A stretch of DNA of 64,000 nt from NCBI GenBank assembly GCA_033442325.1, contig JAWQFM010000022.1:774746-838745 (forward strand), in the 5' to 3' direction. This DNA is from Salpingoeca rosetta (Eukaryota; Protista; Choanoflagellata). The position numbers and the translations under genes are program-made. The notes below the pieces were generated by a model. It had not been told where the DNA came from. It did no database searches and saw only the letters and a list, made by a program, of their open reading frames with translations. Position 1 is the stretch's first letter, and each line of letters begins with the position of its first letter. Below, piece after piece: positions 35,977 to 64,000 of the stretch.

Positions 35977-37230
35977 CTGAAGACAGGAAGACTGAGCCGA
36001 CTGTCAACAACAGTGAACCGGTTGTCAATGGCGATTTGCGCACGATTTCAATTAATAATCAAGGGAGGAGTTGACCTTGAAGCCATTAGAACTCATACAC
36101 GCATATGACACACAGACACACAGACACAGACACNNNNNNNNNNNNNNNNNNNNNNNNNNNNNNNNNNNNNNNNNNNNNNNNNNNNNNNNNNNNNNNNNNN
36201 NNNNNNNNNNNNNNNNNNNNNNNNNNNNNNNNNNNNNNNNNNNNNNNNNNNNNNNNNNNNNNNNNNNNNNNNNNNNNNNNNNNNNNNNNNNNNNNNNNNN
36301 NNNNNNNNNNNNNNNNNNNNNNNNNNNNNNNNNNNNNNNNNNNNNNNNNNNNNNNNNNNNNNNNNNNNNNNNNNNNNNNNNNNNNNNNNNNNNNNNNNNN
36401 NNNNNNNNNNNNNNNNNNNNNNNNNNNNNNNNNNNNNNNNNNNNNNNNNNNNNNNNNNNNNNNNNNNNNNNNNNNNNNNNNNNNNNNNNNNNNNNNNNNN
36501 NNNNNNNNNNNNNNNNNNNNNNNNNNNNNNNNNNNNNNNNNNNNNNNNNNNNNNNNNNNNNNNNNNNNNNNNNNNNNNNNNNNNNNNNNNNNNNNNNNNN
36601 NNNNNNNNNNNNNNNNNNNNNNNNNNNNNNNNNNNNNNNNNNNNNNNNNNNNNNNNNNNNNNNNNNNNNNNNNNNNNNNNNNNNNNNNNNNNNNNNNNNN
36701 NNNNNNNNNNNNNNNNNNNNNNNNNNNNNNNNNNNNNNNNNNNNNNNNNNNNNNNNNNNNNNNNNNNNNNNNNNNNNNNNNNNNNNNNNNNNNNNNNNNN
36801 NNNNNNNNNNNNNNNNNNNNNNNNNNNNNNNNNNNNNNNNNNNNNNNNNNNNNNNNNNNNNNNNNNNNNNNNNNNNNNNNNNNNNNNNNNNNNNNNNNNN
36901 NNNNNNNNNNNNNNNNNNNNNNNNNNNNNNNNNNNNNNNNNNNNNNNNNNNNNNNNNNNNNNNNNNNNNNNNNNNNNNNNNNNNNNNNNNNNNNNNNNNN
37001 NNNNNNNNNNNNNNNNCCACCATATGACTAAAAAATTTGGTGCGCCTGGTGGTTATATCACTATTCTCTCTTATCCCCCCCCCGATCCCCTCCCCATAAC
37101 TCCCGGCGGTATGGGGCCGGGGATGTCGGGTTCTGTAGATTCTTTATACCACTTACCACCGGGGGCAGAGGGGGGGGCTCAGACGGTTCACTGACTAATC
37201 ACCTCAGACCGAGTATATTTATGTATATCA

Positions 37231-37271
<41 letters not shown>

Positions 37272-37287
37272 CGCTCAATGCGTAACA

Positions 37288-37525
37288 CCTCGAGCGAGTA
37301 TATTCTGTATGTGTGTCCGGAGAGCGTGTGCATGCGGGAGAAGGTGTCGCGTGACCAGACAATGGCATGGGAGTCGTACGAGCCCGACACAAGGTACCGG
37401 TCGTTTACTGCTAGGCACCTGCACATCCATTCATTCCCAGAACCCAGAGGAAGGAGGAAGGCGTTTGGTGTGTGTGCGTGTGTTCGTGTGTGCGTGTGTG
37501 CGTGTGTGCGTGTGCGTGCGTGTGT

Positions 37526-37582
<57 letters not shown>

Positions 37583-39394
37583 GGCTTGACAAGCGTAGGC
37601 GTGGTAGAAGGCCGACCAGCCGTACGGTCACACACAAGTAAGTATGTACATGCACACAAACACAGCAGCACATGTGGACGTATATGCTTGCAGGAGCAGA
37701 CAGTCACGCAATCACGCACACCACCATGCACGTACTCGTCTCCCCGCTTGCTTTCTACCTGACTGAGTCTGTGTGCTCGACGAGCGTGTGCAGGCAGTTG
37801 CCTGTTGCCACATCCCATACACGAACCTGCAGTCATGATGGAATGATCGAATTAGCATGACATGTGGTGGAAAAAGACCACGACGCCCAGCAAACAGGCA
37901 GAGGAACGGAGGGGGGATGAGATCAAGATACAAGAGATGGAGAGGCAGGATAGGGAGACAGAGACGGCGATGTAGACAGACAGACAGGCAGACAGGTAGA
38001 CAGGTAGACAGGCAGACAGACAGACAGGTAGACAGGCAGACAGACAGACAGGAAGACAGGCAGACAGACAGGCAGGTAGACAGGCAGACAGACAGACAGG
38101 AAGACAGGCAGACAGACAGACAGGCAGACAGACAGACAGGTAGACAGGCAGACAGACAGACAGACAGACAGGTAGACAGGCAGACGGGTGGACAGGTAGA
38201 CAGGTATACAGGTAGACGGGTATACACACACACACACACAGACACAGACACACACACACAGACACAGACACACACAGACACAGACACAGACACACACACA
38301 CACACGTACGGCGGCATCGCGGGCGCCACTGAAGACGAGGCCGTCTGTAATGGCGACACAACGGACGGTGGACGTGTGTCCGCGCAGAACATGCAGGCAC
38401 TGCAACCGCTCAAGGTCCCACACCTGGCCCATGTTCAACGCATGCGACGTGGCAAGCCAATGACCCGCGAGGGAGTATGTGAGTGCATGTGTGTGTGTGC
38501 AAGTGCACGTGTGTGCGTGCGTGTGTGCAAACGTGTGTGTGTGTGTGTGTTCAAGGGTGTAAACTGTTGGGGCAATCACTCACGCCGCATGCGAGCGCAA
38601 GCAACCGACTCCGACCACATTCAATCACCACAACACCACACGCACGCACCCTGACTGTGCGGTCGCACGACCCGCTGACGGCCGTTGTTCCGTCCACATC
38701 GAGGCACCAGACGCCCTGGGAATGGCCCTGCAGCTGGCCCACAAGCTTTCATACAAAATATCACACAGGCGTGCACGTTGTATGTGTGTGTGTGTGTGTG
38801 CGTTGTATTGTGTGTGTGAGGGGGGCAAAGTGAGCCCGAAAGGCGTAAAGGTTGAGCAACGCACGCATGTACACGCACACATGCACGTGGGTGCACCGAC
38901 ACGACGACACAGATACACAGACACAGACGCACAGACGCACAGACACACCGACACAGGCAACCACCCCCTGCCCCCCCCCCCCACACGCACACAGACAAGA
39001 GGGCCAACGAACCCGTTGAGTGCGAAGACAGGTGACGTGAAGAGCACCATTCGTGTCGCCGGACAGCACGCGATCATCACCAACGCTGATGAGACACGTC
39101 ACCTGTACACGCGTCCAGCATCGCAAGCATCCGCCGATAATGTCAGGGCGAGCGCGAGCGTACGCGGGAAGATGGGTTCACGTCTGTGCATGTGTTCGTG
39201 CTCACACAGACATGTCCACACATGTCATGCATGCACGCATACATGCAGAGCAACGCACCACGCCGGTGTGTCCTCGAAAAGTGTGACGCGGCTGTGTAGC
39301 AACTGTTGGCGATTGCCACTGCGTTTCGCAGCGATATCGCAACTCATACATCTTCAATTGTGTGCGTGCGCATGTGTGTGCGTGTGCGTGCGCA

Positions 39395-39450
<56 letters not shown>

Positions 39451-40551
39451 CGACGTATGGGGGCAGGGATGATTGATGTGTGGCAGCTAACGAACAGCCA
39501 GACACAGCACTCGCGTCCCCTTTGACAGCTGAGCCCACCTGCTTCCATGTCAAACGGTGAGGGAGGATGTGCTTTGTTCGGTTAATGAGCACTTCCAGCG
39601 TGTGGGCTGCATGCATCATGCACGACAATGGGATGGGTTAGAGCAGGGCCATTGAGTGACGGCGCACGGACACGCGCAGGCACACGGAAGCAGAGAGACT
39701 CACGCAGTGTGGGAGTAGGAGCAAGTTTACACACACGGTACTCACGTACACAGAAAGACATTCAGAGACTTACAGGCACACACAGACCCACGCAGATCCA
39801 ACCCCCCCCCCACACACACACGCCAGCACGCATGGACGCACGGTTGAAGTCCTGGAGTACACGGGGCTTCCAGACTCGGTCCAAGTTGACAACACGCCGC
39901 CATCGCTTCGAGACCATGGCGCATGTGCAGACAGACCTACCAAATACAGAAGCAGGGCAACAAGAACAGCCAGAGCAAACAGGTGCCGTGAACCCTCACA
40001 AGCTACGTCCCGACAGTCTCCAAGGTCGACACAGATAGACGGGCAGACAAGCAAGCGAGCGAGCGAGCAAGCAAGCAAGCAAGCAAGTAAGCAGGCAGGC
40101 AGACAACGTGGTGCTGTGCAGGTGCTCACCTTGTGTCGAGGAACCTCAAGACGTTGATGGCGAGCTCCTCTGGAAGCATGGCAAGGAAGTCAACGTGCAA
40201 GAACGAGTGGACTCGCCTGTACAGCAGGCGCAGGCCACCCTCGCCGTCGCGCTGCTGGATAGCAGCGATGAGCGCATCTGCTGCCTGTGATTGTCGCTCA
40301 CTGGTCCATCGCATGAACTCATGCACCCAGCTGTCCACGTCCTCTGGCAGCGCAGCCTGAACCATGGCTGTCGGCGACGTCGACACCACGGATGTGTGTC
40401 CTTCTTCTTCCTGGTCATCTGTTGCTCCACGCTGGTGCCTCTCCGAGAACACATGCGCGTGGTGGTGGCTATGGCTGCTGCTGCTGCCGCTGCTCGCATT
40501 CATTGCTGCCGCTTCCGTGCCATCCTCCACGTCTTCCCGCTCGTCCATCAT
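37288..40551 (-). CDS. FBXW7: F-box/WD40 protein, FBXW7/Cdc4-like; 3' end truncated at low-quality sequence and gap 36134-37016
   Basis: [21 protein letters not shown]-box, [30 protein letters not shown]|[18 protein letters not shown]|VRVWD, HTDSVR|[17 protein letters not shown]. Confidence 0.82.
37970..38220. repeat. (CAGA/CAGG)-type tetranucleotide minisatellite in an intron
   Basis: Tandem cagacagacaggta/caggca units. Confidence 0.85.
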
Positions 40552-40901
40552 TGTCGGTGGTGTTGGTGGTGGTCTGTGGTGTGGGGTTTGTCGATGTCCT
40601 CTTCTTCCAACCCACAAGCAAGAAGCGTCTTTGTTTGGGTTTGTTTTTTGTTGCGCACAAACACCCCTCTTCACTCGCTTTTGCTTGCTCCTGCACTTGG
40701 GTTTGCTTGGTTGGGGTTCGTTGCGTTTTGGTGTTTCAAGTAGTAGCAGTCATGTCACATTGTCACCAATACGATCCAACAACAGCGCTAGCACACACAC
40801 ACACACACATACACACATGCACATCGTTGCCACCACGCCACCGCAACCACAACAAACAACCATCAACAGCGACAGTCATGTCACTTCGTGCATCAGCATC
40901 A

Positions 40902-41026
40902 TCATCCTCTCTTGTTGGAGGAGGGAAACGTGGACAGACGGGCGTTCACAGCAAACTCCTTCGCCTTTCGTCGCCGCTCCAGCTTCTTCCACTCCTCTGC
41001 TGTCATACCAACCTCTGCCGCTTCGC

Positions 41027-41072
<46 letters not shown>

Positions 41073-44000
41073 TTGTGTTGTTGCTGTTGTGGTTGCTGTG
41101 GTTGTGTGTTCACCGCCCACTGCATCACTACGACCGCCAACGTCAAACCGGCGCTTCCTGCGTCTTCTTCGCTGCCCACTCGCCCCCACACCCTTTTCCT
41201 CATCACCCCGAACACCACGACTGCTCTCTTCGCCTTTTGCTGTTGCTGTTGCTGTTGCTGTTGGTTTTGCTGCTGGTTTTGCCATTGCGGGTGCGCTGCC
41301 GAGCGTTGCCCGCGCCAGCCGCTTCTCCTGCTGCTGAAACGACGACGCCTGCTCGCTCGTCCGCCCCAGCAGCACATCTCCTCCTGCCCCTTTTGTGCTC
41401 TCGGTTGCACCCACAACTGATGCGGTGTCTTGCTTGCCACCGCCGCCATCACCACCACCACTAGCGTTGGTGGTCGTCTGCTGCTGCGCAAGCGCGGCCG
41501 TGTGGTCCTGCACAACAGCGCGGTAGTAGGCGTGGTACAGGTGGTGCGGCTGCAGAAACCCAAACCGCGCGTCACCGCGGTGCTTTTCCACAATCGTTCG
41601 CTCAAATGCCTGCAGCAGCAGCAAAACAGGTAAGCAGTGCATGGGCAGCATGTGGAGTGAGCAGGTAAGCAAGGTTGTTCGTGCCTCAATGACTCAACAC
41701 CAGTAAAGCAGGCACACACAGACAGACACAACACAAACAACACAGACACATGTTTATGCGCAGACACAGACACACACACACACACACAAGCAACACAAAC
41801 ACACAGACACACACGCAGCACACCTCGCCGTTCTTTGCCACGTAGAATGCAAGCTTGTCCACAATCGCCTTGGTGTCTGGTGGGGGCACGACCATGCCTT
41901 CTTCATCATCATCATCGTCACCATCACCCCCGCCATTGCCGACGCCTTGTGCAGCGGCAGTGTTCGTGGGTGTGGGTGTGGCTATTGGGACTGTGGTCAT
42001 AGGTGCTCCAGGATAGCTCTGGCCCTGTGTGTACATGGGATGCTGTGCATGTGTATGCGCATGTGCATGTGCGGGCACACCAGCGGGCCAGCCCTGCTGC
42101 AGTTGCGGTGGCGGTAGCGGTGCTGCTGCATACGCAAGATGCTGTGGCTGCTGTGGCTGCTGCTGTAGGTGGGTCGGGTAGGCAGGAGCGGCGTGCACGT
42201 GTTGATGGGCAGCCGTGTACATGGACGGTGGCGGTGCAGGGGCAGGGGGCCGCACCCCAGATGGTACCCCGTATGCCAGCGGACCAACACGTGTGGACGC
42301 CATGCCAGGTCCCGCAGTCGTTGGTGTTGGTGTCGTTGCTGTGGCTGTTAATGACGATGGCAACGGCGCAGCACCTCGCTGTGTTGTCTTGGCGCGTTTG
42401 GTGCCAGCGCCCAGCAATCCCACGTCGTCGTCATCGTCGTCATCACTACTGCTGCTGCTGTCGTCATATGACACAAGACCAAGACCACGACCACCACCAC
42501 CACTACTCTGCTTCTGCTGCTGATCAGGGCTGCGTCGCTTGGCTGCGCCCCCAGCCTTGGTTGACGACTGTACACGTGTCACACTCAACTCCTCCGCAGT
42601 GTCTGCACCGTCACCCTCACCAGCGCCATCAGCGCCATCAGCGCCAATACCATCAGTGCCATTGCCATGATCACTGCCACGACGGTGCTTGTCGTTCGTG
42701 TCGCTGTCGTCAGTTTGGCCCGGCTCCAGCCCACCGCCACCACCGCGTCGCAGCCCAACTGTCACCAATCGTGGAAGTACACGAAGCAGCATGGCCGCCA
42801 CAGCTGCTTCTGGTGTGGCTGGTGCTGCTGTTGATGATGGCGATGATGGCGTTGGTGTTTTTGATGTTGTTGTTGGTGTTGTTGTTGGCGGTGAAGTTTT
42901 GGCCAACACTGCAGCTGTCCCGCGCTGCCCCAGCTGCTGCTGCTGCTTGTCTCTGTTGCCACCCATTCCGATGTCATTATCGTCATCATCACCACCATCA
43001 TCATCATCATCATCATCATCACCACCACCACTGTCCTCGGTGTCGGGGCCACTGCCACCATCGACAGCGCCCTTGTCCCCACCTCTCTGGGCGCCTGTAT
43101 GCCCTCCCTCCTCACTCTTCGCTTCGGCGTCCCCCGTCGACCTGTCACAGCTCGGGGTGTACTCCTTGCGCTTGCACAGCGCAACAAAGTGCCGATACAG
43201 CGGGTGCAGGCGGTCGTCTGCGTCCAGGAATCGCATCCACGCGTTGTTCTGCTCGCGTGTGCGTATGAGCAGCTCCATCTGCACGCCGCCACGCGACACA
43301 AACTTGGCCGTCTTCTCGATAATGTGCAGCTGCTTGCACGTGTGGGGCAGTGGAAGCTCGCTCGTCAACTCCATGCTTGCATGCAACGGCAACGGCTCCG
43401 GTTCCGCCTCCCAATCGCCGCCGCTGCCTTGTGTGCTCGCCCCTGATCCACTGCCTGCCCTGCCCTGCTTCCCGTCAGCACCACCATCACCACCAGTAGC
43501 ATCATCGTCATCATCGTATGCAAAGGGGATGGCTGCCCCCTCTCGTCGCTGCATGTTGTGCTGTCGCCTGCGATGGCGCCGCTGGTCGCCGCGGGAATAC
43601 GCAAACGCGAGCTCGCTGGCGAACGGGTCCGCCGCCACACGGCTCTCACGCGCAGCACGCACTTTCTCTGCAGGCGGGACAGAAGAGGGAAGAGGAGAGA
43701 GGGAAGAGCGGGGGGGGGGATGGGAGAGGGAAGGGGGAAAGGGAATTGGTGTGTGACCGAAGCGTGCAGTCATGCAAACACACAAAACCCGCAGGGGTGC
43801 ACACACTGGATAACCAGCCCACTCGGAAGCAGGCCATGTACAAATGGTCGCACCTTCGTACAGCACGGGCTGTCCCTGCCTCAGGTCACGATAACGCTCG
43901 GCGTCGCACATCTTCTCCTCTTCTCGCATTGCAACTGACCACGAGTAGCTGAACCTGCAATCACCCGCACACACACACACACGCACAGATACGCACAGAC

Positions 44001-44564
44001 AGACAGATACATGGAAACGAATGGAACAAAACGCGGTGTTGAGAGGCGAGTCAGGGTAGCGAGGCACGCAATATTCATGTGCGCACGTGCGCTTGTAGTC
44101 ATTCACGCGCACATGGGATTATGTGCATGTGGTTGGTCTGAGCAGCATGCATCGTGAAAAAAAAGCACATGCACAGCCCAGGGGCGCTTTGTAGAGGAAC
44201 CAACCACGGTGTGAGGATGTGAGACAATAAACTAGAGCTCGCACACGCGTGCACACATCCATCCATCACACCGGCAATCCCTCACACAGCCGCTGTGAAA
44301 GGGAACTCAGGTCAGCATGTACAGTGCTGGCAGATACATGCATGCACGAGTGCGTGCAGGCTGGTTGGGGACTGATGTGGGGAAAGCATTGGAGCAGTGA
44401 GGATGCCGATTGGCGGGCCACACACGCGTGCCAGTGCATTCAGCAGGTCACACATGATCACCATCACGGGTGCAGGTGTTGTTGCTGGTGGTGCTACGGG
44501 CTGTGTCACGTGATGGTGTGGCCGGATACGTTCTGTATTGGTGCTGTCTGGCGGTCCCTTTCAG

Positions 44565-44603
<39 letters not shown>

Positions 44604-44926
44604 CATGCTGAACAACGACAGCCACGTATTACGTGTCAACGTGTGTGTGTGTGTGTGTGCGTTGCACGTGTTACGTGTGTGGCGTGCCCACCTTTTCTTC
44701 TTCTTGAAGAGTCGCTGGTCGTCCAGCAGCAACCGTCCATCAAACCTGTGACGGAGGAGCAGGTTGGTGAATAGACATCGCAACACAGTTGAGTGTGAGC
44801 GTTGCCAAAACAGAACCAGTATGAGCAGGAGCAGGGGTATGAGCGAAGATGGGCATGTATGGAATTGATGCGAGCATCAAGTCAACGCACAGGTACAGGT
44901 GGAAGAAGCAGACGCTTCAACAAAGT

Positions 44927-44969
<43 letters not shown>

Positions 44970-45687
44970 CACACACACACACATGTACACCCACCCACAC
45001 ACACACGCACTTTGAGAGCGCACGTTTGCATACTCACACAGCGAATCGTAGCCTCAAAACAGAGACAGAGACAGACACGCACACAGACAGACACAGATAC
45101 ACATACACATGCACGTACCTGTCCACCAGCAAGGATGGGTCGTTGTGCCAGGGTTGCAAGAGCTTGCCTGACTCTGTTGCTTGGTACAAGTCGGTGTCCC
45201 TGAAGATGTGACAGCCATAACCAACCACCAGCATGAATGGCTCCTCTTCTTCCTCGTCGTCCTCGTCGTCCTCATCCGCTGCCTCTTCTGCATCGGCTGC
45301 TTCATCCATTTGCTTCTTCTTTAACGCCTCCTCTTGTTCTCGGGCCTCGTCCAGCGCCTGCCACCCTCCTTGCTGCAGCCTACTGTCCCAGTGTCGCCAG
45401 GCCTTTCCTCGGCCCCTCGCATCTCGGCCACGGCCACGACCACGTCCAACCATCCCAGCTTGCATGGCCGCTTCCGCCTCCTCCTCGTCCTCCTCATCAT
45501 CCTCCTCTTCGTCGTCGACCATCCGGCCTCTTCTCCTGCCCCGTCTTCGCTCACGCTCTTCTTCCTCTGCGCGTGCCAGCATCAGCCGCGCGCCAGCGCC
45601 AAGCTGCTGCTGTCCCCTCCCTCCACCACCACCACCGCCACCACCATCACGTTCGCCAGCACGGCGCTTCCTCCTGCCCTTCAGCAT
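40902..45687 (-). CDS. SFSWAP: Suppressor-of-white-apricot splicing factor (DRY/EERY domain plus two SURP domains)
   Basis: LVVGYGCHIFRD...LLQPW...LVDR|FDGRLLL, EEEKMCDAERYRDL, SURP1 IIEKTAKFVSRGGVQMELLI, SURP2 PPPDTKAIVDKLAFYVAKNG|AFE...FGFLQPHHLYHAYY, C-terminal ERRRKAKEF. Confidence 0.87.
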
Positions 45688-46224
45688 GCTGTCACCGCCT
45701 TTGAATAGACGCCTGGCTTAGAAATAGGCAAAACCGTTGCCAGCGAACTGCAAACACACACACAACGAAGAAACAGTGGCGGTGAGTGAGAGATGGGGGG
45801 GGGGGCAGGTGGTGTTGGTGTTGGTGTGCATGTGTGTTGTTGGTTGTAGATGTGTGTAGACGTGTAGATGGGTGTTGTTGTGGACATGACCTACACGTGC
45901 GTGTTGATGCGAGTCGTCTGTCAACGCGCAACCCAATTGCACCCATGTCACGCTTGTGGTTTTCGTTTTTCGACGGCAATCCTGTGATTGATATCATACT
46001 CCGTCGCATCACACACTCACCGTCGCATCACATGCTCACGCACACGTGTGCATGCACCACGCCAGGTCCAGCCAATCGACGGGTGGCCAATCTATTTTGA
46101 CAGAGCCATCAAGCAATTCACAACCCCATACACAGGCACATAGATACATACATATAGACACACACACACACAGACACGTTGATCGCGGACAATCACTTGT
46201 GCACGTTCGCAAACACGCACGACA

Positions 46225-62274
<16,050 letters not shown>

Positions 62275-62778
62275 TTGTGTGATTGTGTGTGTTGTGTGTG
62301 TTGTGTGTGTTGTGTGTGTATGTTGTGTGTGTTGTGTGTTGTGTTGTGTGTGTGTTGTGTGTGTTTGCTTTTGTGCTTTTGGAGAGTGCTTTGAACTTGT
62401 GCCGTTTTGTGTGTCTCTGTGTGTGTGTGCGCAGAAGGGGAAAACAGAGAGAGAGAGAGGCAGAGAAGGCTTTGTGTTGGTGCTTGAACAAGCCCGTGTT
62501 CATCAATTGGTTGCAGACAGTAAAACTGACAATTCGCGACGATGCTTGGGGTGCAACACGATAGAACGAGGGAGATGATGTTTTCAGCAACTCCACAATG
62601 ACACCCCACTCCTTGAATGGGAATGGTTTGCAGTGCTGAACGGACGATGTTTTGCAGAGGATGACTTTACTGGTGAGATGACGGCAGGAAACAGTACACA
62701 TCGATTAATAGGCGGAACGCAAACAGAAAACAACTCAAACATAAGTGGTCGACATGATCCGAGCAAGTCCAATTCAGT

Positions 62779-62835
<57 letters not shown>

Positions 62836-62871
62836 ACAATGACAGCTTTAACGTGTGCTGGTCAAGGCAGT

Positions 62872-63495
62872 TCAAGCGTAGAGGGATGGCAAGTGGTTGA
62901 GAATGGCGGCAGTGACATCGTCCCGCCCTGCATTCTCAGCGACGTCTGCGCCCAGCAGGTTTGCAACGTGGATCGTCGTGGGCAGCGGCATGTGCTGTGT
63001 GAATTCGTAGAAGTCGTCAGGCCCCTGTGCGAGGCGCAGCAGGTCCTCCTTGCGCTCCAACTTGACGCCATTGAACTCAGGAATCCCATCGTCGCCCTCC
63101 GCCGCCAAATCCTCGCCCTCCGTCGACAAATCCTCGATTGTCGGGCCGCGCTCCGTTCTGTCCTGTGAGAGGAAGGGCTTGATTGCCGGTTCCTCCGTCA
63201 CAAACACGCTGACGACGTCGTTCTCTGACGTGGGATGGAGGGTGTTGTAGGCCAGCCAGCGCGCAAGCGCCTCGCTTTGCCTGTGTTCGTGTGCCGCCTG
63301 CTGCAGCACCTGCCAGCCGTCGTCGCTGAAGTTGTTTCCAGGGAGGCTGCAGATGAAACATGGGAGGGGTGGAGGGGAAGGGGGAGAGACGGCGATAATG
63401 AGAGGTGAGTCACATCATACACTTGTCACATGCAAAAGGGGGGAGGGATGGGGATGGGTGGCTGCAGCAAAGCAAACACAACGTAGCCCACGAAA

Positions 63496-63556
<61 letters not shown>

Positions 63557-63927
63557 GCGTGTGCATGTGCGTGTGGTGCTTTGCTTGTCTGCTTTTACCT
63601 GATGACGGTGCAGCGCCAGTCGGATTCGATGAGATCCACAAGAGCAGGGATGTTGTCATCGGTGAGGCCGCACGCCTCAAACCTGAAACGGAGTGATGAT
63701 GATGATGATGATAGCATGGCCCGGCAGCAGCATTGGTGAGACAGGTGAACGTGCCGTGGACGCACAACACGCTAATACACACATGAACGCACTCATGTGA
63801 ACATGCAAACATCGACACTTGCGAACAACGCAGTAAACTCACGTGATGGTGTCGAGGTTGATGTGGGCGGCAAGAGTTTCCAGGAGGGTCTTGAACTGCC
63901 GCTCTCCAAACGCCATCTCACAGAAGC
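62872..63927 (-). CDS. 3' exons of an RNI-like leucine-rich-repeat protein; 5' part outside the window
   Basis: Spliced FCEMAFGERQFKTLLETLAAHINLDTIT|FEACGLTDDNIPALVDLIESDWRCTVI|SLPGNNFSDDGWQVLQQAA... shows RI-type LRR periodicity; stop at 62872. Confidence 0.65.
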
Positions 63928-64000
63928 TGAAGGAGGTTGGAAAGGTGCAAGTGGGGGAGAGGGTCAACGAATCACACAGTGAGCTCCATCGTGCTGTGAG

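Noticed and set aside
37017-37225. Compositionally odd unique sequence after the large gap
   Set aside because: Looks like low-quality read-end sequence next to the gap; no supportable feature
62570-62645. ATGATG...CTGA segment resembling a C/D snoRNA
   Set aside because: Imperfect C box, no terminal stem, no recognisable guide, intergenic between convergent genes

Overview
Gene-dense, intron-rich eukaryotic genomic DNA with GC-rich exons, very abundant (GT/CA)n and (CT/GA)n microsatellites and five N gaps. Gene content and style suggest a choanoflagellate such as Salpingoeca rosetta (inference). Splicing exons by hand gives about 16 genes, in order: RPL7A (partial), NDUFS5, PPCS, a membrane-anchored E2-like acyltransferase with no lipoyl domain, FZR1/Cdh1, a DCN1-like protein, UBE2S, SIRT2, a probable 8-repeat annexin, a REase+kinase-like (Crinkler/RHS-type) protein, a C14-sterol reductase, MIIP, FBXW7/Cdc4, SFSWAP, dynein-2 heavy chain and a partial LRR protein. 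There is also a possible U-box pseudogene relic. The most notable observations are: (1) a polarised GU-repeat (5') / CA-repeat (3') layout in many introns, which could base-pair across the intron; (2) a tight FZR1-DCN1-UBE2S-SIRT2 cluster of APC/C- and cullin-related genes; (3) the Crinkler-like REase-kinase gene with altered catalytic motifs; (4) the stand-alone transmembrane acyltransferase; (5) the octad annexin with unusual N- and C-terminal extensions. Gene identities come from motif recognition, not database searches. Some exon boundaries are approximate.
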